From Podarcis gaigeae (lineage: Eukaryota): a DNA stretch of 64,000 bases. Location of the stretch: the NCBI GenBank assembly GCA_964106915.2, contig OZ066925.1; one strand, given 5' to 3'. A program made the position numbers and the translations under genes. The notes beneath the pieces were generated by a model. It had not been told where the DNA came from. It did not search any database and saw nothing but the letters and a program-made list of their open reading frames with translations. This document shows, in pieces, positions 35,517 through 47,039 of this stretch (the first letter of the stretch is position 1; the number at the start of each line of letters is the position of its first letter).

Positions 35517-37486
35517 TCTTTCCAAGCTCTCAGTTGTCTTTGTAGATATTATGATTGTTTGTTGATAGCCACACTCCTAAATACTTCACTTTTTTCTCTA
35601 TTTTCCAGCTGGCAATTTCCCTTGATTTCTATTTAGCTTGGTTATCCATGTTCTTAACTAACATTTTGGTTTTATCTTTGTTTATTTTGAGACCTGCCAA
35701 TTTTCCAAATTCAGTTATCTCCTTTAATAACTCTAGTGTACCTTATCGAAGTTGTTCCAAAGTTAAGACAATATCATCTGCAAAAGCTTTTGTTTTGTAA
35801 TTTTGCTCACCCACTGTCATTCCTCTAATTTTATCATTATTCCTAATACTTTGCGATAGAATTTCTAAGGTAAGAATCATAACAGAGAGTGGGCACCCTT
35901 GTCTTGTTCCTTTCATCAAATTGCATTTTTCTGACCCGATGTTATTTCTTATAATGTTTGCCCGTTGTTCCTTATATATAGCCTTGATACCTCCCAAAAA
36001 TGCTATTCTTATTTAAAACAATCCCAATACTTAATGACACACAATGTCTAAAAGATTGGCAAAAGGATCTGTCTAAGTTTATCTGGAGAGGGAAGAAACC
36101 TAGGATCAAAAAAATAAGATTCTTATTGATATAAAAGAGCAGGTTTTGCACTCCCAGATTTGGAATTGTATTTTGAAGCTGCTTGCCTGTATTGGATAAA
36201 AGACTGGATATTGCTAGAAAATACACAGTTGCTAAATTTGGAGGGTCATGATGTCAAACACGGCTGGCATGCCTGTATCTGGTATGGTAAAGCAGGAATA
36301 CGTAAAAGCTTCACCAATCATGTCATTAGAAAAAACTTAATTAGGCTATGGGAAAAATACAAAAACCTACTAGAAAACAAAACACCAAGGTGGTTATCCC
36401 CAATAGAAGCTGAGAAAAGGGAAAAAATAATAATAATATGAGTGATAACAGGGATACCTATAATGAATTGGTAGATTTTTCAGAGGGAGAGCCCAAAATG
36501 AGGAAAATTGAAGAGATCAAAGAATTTGTATTGGACTGGTTAAATTATTATCAAATCAAATCAAAATTTAAGGTAGATAAGCAGCTGGAGCGTGCTCTGG
36601 TCCATGGGGTCACAAAGAGACGGACACAACTAAACAACAACAAGCAATTGGAATTTGTAGAAAAACCATCACAATTTAAAAAAAACAACAACCCTAAGAT
36701 CCAGAGCTAAAAATTTATCTAAAACATATAGGGTATTACGTGATTGGGAAACGAATAATATTGATTTAAACCTGTGGGAACATTTGTGGAAAACAAATTT
36801 AAAATTCACCACTAGTTCCACACTAAACGAGAACTGTTTAAAAATGATCCACAGGTGGTACTTGACTCCAAATAAACTAGCTAAAATGTTTAGATCTAAA
36901 CGTGACTTATGTTGGAAATGTAAGGAAACAACTGGAACATTTTATTATTCATGGTTGTCTTGCAGATTAATAAAAGAATTCTGGGAGATGATTTATAACA
37001 AACTTAAGAAAATGTTTAAAATAACATTTCCTAAAAACCCAGGAATAATGACAACAGAAATACCAAAAAAATCACACTACGCTATGGATGTATGCGACCA
37101 CATCTGCCTGAACTTTGGTAGCAGAAATAAAAAAAATTAAAGAGGGCTGGGCATTATATTCAGATTTTGTGGAAAAATACTATAACAAGAAAATAAGTGT
37201 AACATTGAAAAAATGCTCAGCAGTAGACGTGACAAAATGGGATAGTATGGTAATAAAAATAATTTAGTAGAGTAAGAAAACACAGTTTGAAAAGATATAG
37301 GAAACCAGGAAAAGAATGGAACGCAAGTTGAAATCAAGGTTTATAAGAGTCAATTAAATTGGAGGAATAAGTTTCTGTTGTATTTTAAGTTAAGTTTTGC
37401 TTTTTTTTCTTTCTTATTACCTTGTACTTGACTGTAACACAGTCTGCATTGATGATATGATTAAATAAAAAAGCAAAAAAAAAAAA
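35388..37486 (+). mobile_element. Decayed L1-clade LINE with inverted 5' segment (35388 to about 35995 on minus; about 35991-37486 on plus)
   Basis: Minus part: RT motifs GTRQGCPLS, KAFADD, VKYLGV, then KDLDIWGRMQLSLMGRISAIKM. Plus part: LPKMLFLFKTIPI...FIWRGKKPRI...HRWYLTP...CWKC...GTFYYSWLSC, then AATAAA/poly(A) at about 37465-37486. Confidence 0.9.
36584..36641 (+). mobile_element. BovB/RTE 3'-terminal fragment nested in the L1
   Basis: cgtgctctggtccatggggtcacaaagagacggacacaactaaacaacaac resembles the BovB 3' end. TSD aagca at 36579-36583 and 36642-36646. Confidence 0.75.
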
Positions 37487-37871
37487 TTCCTGAGGGCCAT
37501 CTAGAGGCATGGAGGGGCATATCAGGATCTGCAAGATCCCAAGCTGCTTCTTTCCCCATTACACCTGAGAAACAGCCTAAAATTGTATGAGGTTTGATGA
37601 AGGGTCACAGCTCATTGATTTGTATACAGAATGTTCCTGGTTCAATCTCCAGTGTCTCTAATATGGGCTGGTAATGTCTGCTGCCTGAAACTAGAAAGTT
37701 ACTCCCAGTCAATATTGAGCTAGGTAGGCAAAAAATCTGACTTGGTATAAGGCAGCATCCCAGGTTCTTCTTGTCAGCCCTGGAACTGGCATGGTTAATT
37801 CCCTCCTTTTGCAGCCCATGAAAGAAGAAACGAAAGCTGCTTTTCCTGTGCAACTGCAGTGCTCTGCCAGA

Positions 37872-37876
<5 letters not shown>

Positions 37877-37926
<50 letters not shown>
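37877..37926. repeat. (TC)n(CA)n microsatellite
   Basis: Read directly. Another (TC)n at 38674-38720. Confidence 0.95.
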
Positions 37927-38099
37927 CCCATAAATAAACCCATAGAATTGCTCAGCCTGCACAATAACTGCTGTCAATACCTGTTTTTTCCCTTAAAGCA
38001 TAAACTCTATAAGGAAAAGCATTTACAATTGAGTTGCGAAAATATTTACAAGTTTTCAGATAAAAATAATTTCCCAATACAGCTTTGAATTTGTCAGAA

Positions 38100-38672
38100 T
38101 GTGAGATAACCGTCCATTGCTAAATCCGGCCACTTTCCCCCTTTATAACATTACAGAAATTCGCCTCTTTCTTTGTCCTTGGTCATATCTCACCTTAACT
38201 ACTGCAGTCTTCTCTCCAAACTTTTGTTGTCTCACCTTTGTCCACGTACATCCATCCTGCACTTTGCTGCCAAAATTACTCGCCTCTCATCACTCTGACC
38301 GTGTGACTTCCTTAAACCCCTTCCCTGACTTCCTGTACACACATAGATCTTGCACAAGCTTCTTGCCATCCCCTTTAAAAACCTCCTGGCCTTGCCCCTC
38401 CTTATCTCTCTGTACTTATTTCCCAACAGGTTCCTTCCTGTGAGTTTTCCTCATCAGGCTTTACCACCCACCAATGCCTAAAGGTTTCCTGCTCCCTGAA
38501 ATGACTTCATCCATTTTCCCTTCCTGTCCCTTATGCACAGAACTGCTTGTTGCATGACCACCTTAATCCCTTTTAAGTCGCACCTCAAAACTCAAGTTCT
38601 GTGGGGAAACTTTGCCACATCTCGCCAATCCTAATTTAACTAAGCCAAAGTATATGTAATTGAAGGAATCAC

Positions 38673-38722
<50 letters not shown>

Positions 38723-38870
38723 CTTATCCATGCCTCAATCTCTCCCCCCTCGCCCCAATTCTCTGTTGCTTCCCTGTGTCTATATTGTAAGCTCCTTGGG
38801 GCTTACAATATATGTCATTCTTGTTCTTTGTAAACTGCCATGTACATAGATGGTGCTATAAGTAAATAAT
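38100..38870 (+). mobile_element. Old L2-like LINE 3' fragment with internal (TC)n
   Basis: LYNITEIRLFL-like motif, then HVT..L..L pattern, ttcaagtc.cacctcaaaac and terminal gtacatagatggtgctata..aataat, typical of L2 3' ends. Confidence 0.55.
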
Positions 38871-39505
38871 TCGCAGTGCTTTTTAATATCCCAAGGCTTG
38901 GTGGTGAGTGGAAAAGGATTATGGCATTGACTTTAACTTGGCATTTCTCGGAGGGGCTAAGGATGCCACTGTTAGCCGTCAGGTGGCCAGAGAGATCGGG
39001 ACCTCTTCCCTAGCTGTGCCTGTGTTTGGAACGTGCAATTAAATAGTGGCATCTTTTCATCTAGTCATTCCCCCCCCTTCCCTATATTTCCACTACCCTT
39101 TAACAATCCCCATGTTATTTTCTTACACCATCTCCACTGTGTTGAAAGCTTCCCATTCATGTTGCTGCCTTTTTTGCCTAGCATGTCTAGCCATTGTGCT
39201 CTGTACTCTAATGATATCAATAAACCAATCCATGCAGATCAGCATCAGAGTGTGAATGACATTTACATTTCCCTACGCAACTGGAAACGCACTCATTTAG
39301 ATGCACCAAATATCTTGCCGAACCTATTGCTGGCTGGAAGCAGGATAAACTCGAGCAGCTTTTGTCACCCAGATGGATGGTTGGATACAGAGGTCGGGAA
39401 CCTCAGGTGTGGGGACAGAATCCAGTCCTCTTGTCCTCTCTATCTGGTACTTGGGACTCTCCCTAGGCCAAACCCCCACCAGCCCTGTCCTACATTGCTT
39501 CCTTG

Positions 39506-39650
39506 TGGATAGCTCAATTGGTTAGCGCATGGTGCTGATAATGTCAAAGTTGCAGGTTCAATCCCCGTATGGGACAGCTGCATATTCCTGCATTGTGTGG
39601 GGTTGGGCTAGATCCTTAAGAATCCCTTCTAACTCCATGATTCTATGATT
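39506..39650 (+). mobile_element. tRNA-Ile-derived short SINE with CR1-type tail
   Basis: Head TAGCTCAATTGGTTAGCGCATGGTGCTGATAATGTCAAAGTTGCAGGTTCAATCCCCGTATGGGACA resembles tRNA-Ile. Tail GGGTTGG.CTAGAT...CCCTTC.AACTC.ATGATTCTATGATT is the CR1 terminal motif. Possible TSD ttccttg. Confidence 0.75.
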
Positions 39651-42600
39651 TTTCCTTGGCTGGATTGTGTCCTAGAGCTACGCTAATGCCTCTTGGTTGC
39701 CTGGATAGAGATGTATACGTGGTGCTATAGAAGCCTTTGTGTACGTGTGGTTGGAATGTAGCCTGCTATGAAAAAGTAGGAGTTGCCTCCATTGCTCTGC
39801 CCAATTTAGCCTCTGTTCCCATCAGCCACAGGTAAGCAGTACCTCCGAATCATATCCGCAAGGGACTATGGCCGTTAGGCAGAAAGATCTTCCCTACCCT
39901 AGCTTTAAGGGTGTGACTTCCTGGTCTATCTGTCAATCAGATCCTTATTGTGATCCCTCCCCAACTTTGCCGTCCTCTTAAATAGCTCTTTTCCTAGGAA
40001 AACATACAACACTTTTAAAATGACTACCCTTCAGCGCATCGCAGCGTGTTGTAATTACTGCCTTGTTTCAAAAACTCTTGGGTTCATTCTTCACAGTGCC
40101 ACAGAAACTAATTCCCATAATGCCCCATACTTCGGTGTGAGTAGTCTCTTGTCAAATATGGTAGCAGCAAGTTATGTAATATGCCAAAGATAATTTATTT
40201 TATTTCAGATTTCACATCAGGTTGCAAACAAATGGGTTTCCTGACGAGTAACAAATGTTTTATTTGTTCTTTGTTTGCTGTGATTGCCATTGCCTTGTTA
40301 TTAAACACTAAGGCGTCGAGAATATTGCCCCCCTTTCCATATGGTGTGTTTTTGTTGCCTTCTGCAATGTATGTGCTGTTTCTGGCATCACTCTTTTACA
40401 CACAGCAATCCTTGCTATTTGCTTTCTCAAAATATTATGCCATTGCTCATTTGGCTTTCATTTGGAGCAGTTCTCTTAGTTACAGTCTCTATACAGCTGG
40501 CTCACAAAGTACTCTAAATCTTAACAAGGCTTCTTTAATTATTTCACCAAATAGGGTTTTCATTTATTCTTTCTTTCATGTTCATGCTTTTATTGCAAGC
40601 ACATGTCGGGGATACCGTTCATCTGTTATGTCCTCTCATTTCTTGTTTTAAATTTCAAAATGCTCTGCATTTTGATGGCATACACTGGCTGCCAACTAGC
40701 TTCTAGGTCCAACTTCAAGATATTAACATTGGAATATAAATCCTTTAATGGCTCAAGACTTAATACTTGATGGAACACTTCTCTGAAGCTCTGCCTACAA
40801 CCCAGTTGTACATGCTGGTCCCATGTACAACTGTGCTTCAGAGTGTGCAGGCACAAGACAGGGCCTTCACTGTTGTAGTGCCCCAAATGCGGAACTGCCA
40901 CTGAAAATACACTTGGTCCCTGTCTTGTAGCCTTCCGGCATTCATCTTTTTTTCTTATTCTTTTAAATTACATTCATTGGGCATAGCTGAGCCTATAAGT
41001 TATGTGTCTGCTTCACAGATGTATATACTGCTGGATTATTATTATTATTATTATTATTATTATGTTTATGGTTTAATTTTACATAGAATAAATTTCGTTG
41101 GATTAGATGTATACCATTTTTAGAACTTTCAGGGAGAAGAGCTGTAGAAATGTGATAAATAAAAATTACGAAGTGCTTCTTAGCAATATATGCTGCCCCC
41201 ACCTCTACTCACACATATACCTTGTGTCCAGCTAAGACTGTCATCCTATGAAAAGTTAGGCATTTCTAAGTTGCCAATGAAAGAAAAATCTTCCTTTCAA
41301 GTAGCCAGGAGCTACTTCCAGCTGGATTCTTGTAATTCACTTTGCATGGAGTTGCCCTTGCAGACTATCCAGATGCTACAATTATTAGAGCAGAATGCAG
41401 CGGCCAGAACGTCAACTAGTCACATGATTCCAGCTAGCCAGAATCATGTGACACCTATACAGGATTCTAAAATATCAACACTGGCTGCTTGTTGGCTAAA
41501 TGTTGACGGTGATGTTGATGTACACAACTTAGCACCCAAATATCCAAAGGAGCGCCTTTCTTTGTACCAGCCTGTCAATGACCTTAGATTTTGGGGAGGG
41601 CCTTCTCATTGTTCCACCTCTGGGAGTGGCGCATTATGTGATGATGTAGGATAAGGCCTTCTCCGTACCCCGCAGTAGTCAAATGAGCTTATTTGATTCT
41701 GTTTTCCAAATCGTGTCCTCTCACATTTCTCAACAGTAATTTTATACATTCTGCGCTCTATTCCTGGCCAGTCCTTCAACATTTTGGCACACTGAGTAAC
41801 AATTAAAATGCCACCCCTGTTTCCTCCCTGGCACATGACTGGCATTACTGTCACCCACCCTTGTCAAGCTAGACAAGGGTCGTATCCTCTGGGGCACACG
41901 CCACCTGCTTCTGCTATGCTGCCTCCCAACTGTTTGTCAGGCAGCCAGTCCTGGGCTGGGGAGCTTCCAGGGTTGCCTCTCCGCACTTGTGACTGTGGCT
42001 CAAGTCATGCCTGAGGACAGTGCTGGCCATCGCCAAATAGCTGTGAGGCAGATAATGAATTGCACTGGGAAGAGAATGTGCACAGTCAACTTGAAAGGGG
42101 TGTGTGTGTTTGGGTGTGTATGGCAGTGTACGTTTAGCAGTGGTGGGGGAAGAAAGGAAATATCCCTACTATAGGCAATTGCCTTGTGTCACCTGTGGAA
42201 AAACTGGCCATACCATGACCTTCCTTAGCTAATTTATTTCCTACAAAATCGGAGCAGCTCCTTTGCTATCAATTAGGAGTGTGTAGCAGCCAGAAGGTTT
42301 GGTTCAGATCAGATCCCATTTGGGGGTTTCAGAAAACAGTCTGATTTAGTGTAAAGTGTTTTGGATGGGACCCAGTCCAGTTTGGGTCCAAATCACAATC
42401 CTGAAAAATGAAGCTTTTTACATGTCCTTCTGTCCCAACAGCTTTCTACTATTAATGTTGTGATTGCACTAATTAAACACCTAGGGATTATTACTGAAAT
42501 GCCCAGTAATATTATTGTTAGGATGTAGGTAGGATCGAAGCTATTCCTGTGCTACCCAGAGTTTTCCTTGGGCAGATAATGCTTGTATTGGGGTTTTGTT

Positions 42601-44599
42601 TCCCTAGTCACAGGTGGTTAAAAAAAAGCTGAGGGGGAATGACGATTTTCAGGAATGGAAGGGGTGGTTTTTGTTTTTTTTTTAAGCTGATGTGACAGAG
42701 ATCTTGTCAGTTACTATTTCAATTTTCCATCGCCGCACTGAAAATTGCATTGTGTCATCATCATATAGATTATTCCGAGGGGAATTATGGAGAGTCGGAG
42801 TGGGCACCATGATGGGAAATTAAAATGGCATTTCTGACAGGAATGAAGAAAAAGGAAGTGAGGACATCCTTTCAGCCTCTGACCTGACACCCTTCCAAAT
42901 TCAGAAAGTTCACATTGGTAAACCTGTGGCTCAGTCTTAGTTTCTGTTATAGCTTGCATTTGTCCAAGGAGGAAACCTGAATGCTGTGTTTTTGTGTGAG
43001 AGTGTACAGTGTTCATGTGAAAAGAATTGTCCCTCATAAAGGGGAAAAAAATCCAAAATGTGTTTAGCATTTATAATTACAATACAAGAGAGAGAGTTGA
43101 GAACTCTTCCCTCTTTTGTTTTCTTCTGCTAGTTTAGGACCTTTTCTCTGACAATTATAAAAATGACCATACCAGAAGACATGGTTCTTATTCACTACCT
43201 GTCTCCAAGTACAAAATCTCTATAAAAGAGAACCAAAGAGGAGGAATGTCTCAGTGGGAAGATAGGTGTAAACTCTACCAGTAAAAATCTGCTGGCCACA
43301 TTAGGTTTTAGTTAAAAACCTAATGTACCTTGCAGAATCCGCTGCTGAAAGTTCTCAGTATCTTTTCTGAAATAGATTTCTCCTTAAGAAATGGTATGAT
43401 GGTAGTCCCACCAAATCTTGCAACCTTGTGGAAGTCGCTGCTTGTTGAGCATAACAAAAACCTAAGGGAAGGATGGAGACCCTTCACAAAAACGGAAACC
43501 AAAACGAGGAAGTTGGTGCTAATCAGTGACTGCTGAGAGGCAGGATGCCCAGAGCTAGTGGGCCAGGAAACCTCCGTCCAGAAAAAATACTTTCAGTGGC
43601 GGGTCATGAACTCTTTGTAGACTTGATTGCATGAGCAGGATGGTATTTTGTGACCGAACAATTTGCAAAGGTCCTGTTTGTACAGAGAGAACATTTTTAG
43701 ATGTTCAGTTGCTCCTTAATATATTTATATCCTGCCTCAAAGCTTTTTCACTGTAGCTTTATTTATTTTAAACGTTTATATCCCACTTTAACAAGAAATG
43801 TCAATGTAGCTAACGGCAGCACATAGCCATAAAAACATCAAAAACATCATAAAAAGTCAAGAATAAAATTACACAAAAGCAGCAGCCTGCAAACCCCAGT
43901 ATTGGCAGTAGTTTTTTAAAAAATCCCAGAGTAGTCAGCCAGCACAAGAACTTCCCCTCCAAAGTCATGTGCTCACTCAGTGGTGAAATGCAAATAGTGA
44001 TGGGGCTAGCTGGGCCTTCCTGCGAACATTATTCGAGGGTGTTGACATCATCAGTGAAAACGCCATGCTCTTTTCGCTCAGTTGTTCATTGGAGCAGTAC
44101 GAGTTCTTCCACTTAAAGCAGTGAAAGCAAGTGTAGTATAAAAACTCTGTTCTTTTAATTCCCTTAGGGGAGGAAAATGTAGAAGGGATTTGTGAAATCC
44201 TACATGCGAACAGTGAACTCAGTTCTCAGCATGGTTCCTTACATAGCCCAAACAGTTCAGGAGATGGGTACACCAACGTTTACAGTAGTAGAAAACTTCA
44301 CTTTTTTGGCCAGGGACGACTACCCCTTAGTGAGGGATGGGGTTGACTCCTAGAGTCACTGTGTATCAAGTTGAGTGTATCAAGTCACGGGAATCAAGTT
44401 GAGGTAGTTCGTCTCGAGGGATGCAAAGCACTAGGGACCAGTTGCCAACAGATGTTGAATGGATGAAACCAGGATGCAACAAACAAATATATGCTGCTGC
44501 TTAGATAACAATAAAACACAACTTGCTTGATCCAGGATAAGGAAATATGCCTCATTAAATTCCACAGGGTTTACTTCTGAGTTGTTGTTTGTTTGTTTG

Positions 44600-45085
44600 T
44601 TTTAAAAAAAATCAAAGCCCTATACGGGACTGCCTCTCCTGGTATGCCCCACGGTCCGCAAATAATAACATCTTGGAGGTCCTGGGCCTCAAGGAGATTA
44701 GACTGGCCTTGACCAGAATGCTCTGTCACAAGAGACCAGGGCCCTGTGGGATCTGACATCTTTCTGCAGGGCCTGCAAGACGGAGCTGTTCCGCGGCCAG
44801 GCCTTTGACCGGAGTTCAGTCTGACTCCCCCTCTCTCCTTATAAGAACTTGCATGAAAGTGGCTCCCCAACTTTTTTCACAGGCTCATATAAGATCAGTA
44901 TAAACAGGCCTGGTGAGCATTTAAGGTCCCCATCCCTAATTTGTGGGTTGCCATTTGATTAGATTTCACTTGATTCTGATATTTTAATTGATTGCTTGAT
45001 TTTATGGTAATATGTTATATATTTGATGTTAGCCACTCTGAGCCCGGTTTTGGCCAGGGAGGGTGGGATATAAATAAAATTTAGT
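44600..45085 (+). mobile_element. L2-like LINE 3' end
   Basis: aaagccctatacgg...gactgcctctcc..., terminal gttagccactctgagccc...gggagggtgggatataaataaa. Similar decayed pieces at about 15040-15470, 21910-22200, 40670-40940, 41310-41660 and 52720-53130. Confidence 0.55.
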
Positions 45086-46749
45086 AGTAGTAGCAGACAT
45101 GGCTGGGATTCTGCTGTAAGTTGCATTTAATCAGTGCGATAAATGAGACATGACTTTAGTGTCATTGATTTCAATGGAAACTAAGAGGGTTAAAAAAAAA
45201 GCTTGGGAGAATTAAAAATGGTTTCTATTGGTGCAAGGAAGAGAGCAATGTAGGTGCTAATCGAACCTCCTTAGGGAAGGCATTCCAGAGGCAGGGAATG
45301 ATGAACTTGAAGGTTCTCTCTGTTGCCACTTCCTGTCTGTCTCAGCTCATGTTGGGGCCAAACGGAGGAGAGCCGATTATCTCAGCACACAGGAAAAAGA
45401 GTTTCATTACAGGTTATGCGGCTTCCCGGCCTACTGCAGTATGTGAACACATCTCCTTTAACCCATTCTGCTGTGCTCTGCGGTCAACTGTATCTAAGCA
45501 CTGCTTTTCACATTACTTTTGAAGGTCAACTCTTGGGAGTTGTGTGCGTCTCTAAAGTTCTGTGGGAAAAGAAGGATCAGACTAAAATAATGCATCTAAT
45601 CTCTGAGAGAAGCAGCATGTAGGGCAAAACTCCAGAATCCAGAGGCAATGCTTTATGTAGATGCAAATATTATGGTCTTAATGTTGCATGGATCTTCCGA
45701 CACTGAACAGTCTTCTAAAGTAATGGGCAAGTAGCCCTAAACTCTATTAAAATCTAAAAGGACTTATGTCCATTTAATATTTGCAGCATTTCAGGCCATG
45801 ACATTACTCTAGCGTGGGTTTTTACTGATTCAAAGCTGCAGTACAATGCAGTGAACGGAATGGAGTTGTGACTAACTTCCTGGATCCTGCCCTAGATCCC
45901 TCTTCTTTTTCTTGTTTAAACTATCCCAAGTGTCTAATTCTGACTTGTTCTTCTAGATCCCCACCATGTCTTGGAACAATTTGTCTTTGTGCTATGGCCT
46001 GCAACAGAACAATTCATTAAAGCTTTATTTTCTGTGGGGAAAATGTTGGCAGTAGTTACTCATCCACCTGTCTGCCTTAATAAAACGCTAATACATAAAC
46101 TGAAATATGTTTCTTTTGGAGCTAACTTTTAGATGAGCGAGCACAATGCCTGGCTGAAGAGCCAAGGCCCTGATCTAAAGCCAACTGAAACCAATTATTA
46201 TTCCCATTAGTTTCAGTGATCTATGGTTTGGGCCTCAAGTACATCTGCTCTCTCCTTTTAAACACGCAGAAAGGGTAAACTAGTATGTGGTATTGCTGTA
46301 GTCAAATGGAGAAACAGTTCAAGGCAAGGAAACGCTCAACTACATGGATTTTATTATAACAAATGAATGTGTGGCATATGGAAATATACGGTTTCAGATA
46401 TTTGCAAAGAACACAGTATGTAGGAATATTGTGAGCTGTTGCCATGTCCCTTAGGTTTCATTGCAAAGAAAAATGGTGTCTGACATTTTCTGTGTGGACA
46501 CACAGAAGTAGAGTGCCAAATATCTCCGACATGTGATTGACCTGAGATTTTCTCTGAGCAATTGATCCGCCACACTTCTCGTGGTATACCAATAAAATTC
46601 CCCCCATTCCAAAATTTTAGTGTGGTGGAGCGGCTGAGGTGAACTAGCCAATTTGGGCTCAGAGAATTGTGATCAGTTCCATTTGGCTTGGCTGACTTCT
46701 AACTGGGACATAAAACCTGAATCAAGCCATTTTTATTTTACTAGTAAAA

Positions 46750-47035
46750 TTTGCTCTTGCTTTCAAAAAGGCTTTTGATAAAAGCCCCTCACCAAGGACT
46801 CCTGCATGAATTTAGAAGGCACGGGTGCTTTTGTGAATCAGTAAATGCCTAGGAAACTGGAGGCAGAGAGTAGGGATAAATCGACAGTTTTCCCAATGGA
46901 GGGATGTAGAGAGTGGAAGATTAAGGGCAGGCACAAGAAAATAATTATTTACACAGCGCATAGTTAAACTATGGAATTCTGTCCCAGAAGTGGCAGTAAT
47001 AGCCTTCCCCTCTATGAATTTGTCTAATCCTCTTT
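46750..47035 (+). mobile_element. CR1 LINE remnants
   Basis: tttcaaaaaggcttttgataaa (FQKAFDK) and tggaggcagagagtagggataaat...ttttcccaatggaggga (RQRVGIN..FSQWR), typical of CR1 RT. Confidence 0.6.
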
Positions 47036-47039
47036 TTAA

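Noticed and set aside
35182-35565. Poly-Leu 'transmembrane' ORF
   Set aside because: Translation of the (TTA/TTG)n microsatellite inside the inverted L1 segment.
39506-39580. Functional tRNA-Ile gene
   Set aside because: Stem mismatches and direct fusion to a CR1-type tail indicate a SINE head.
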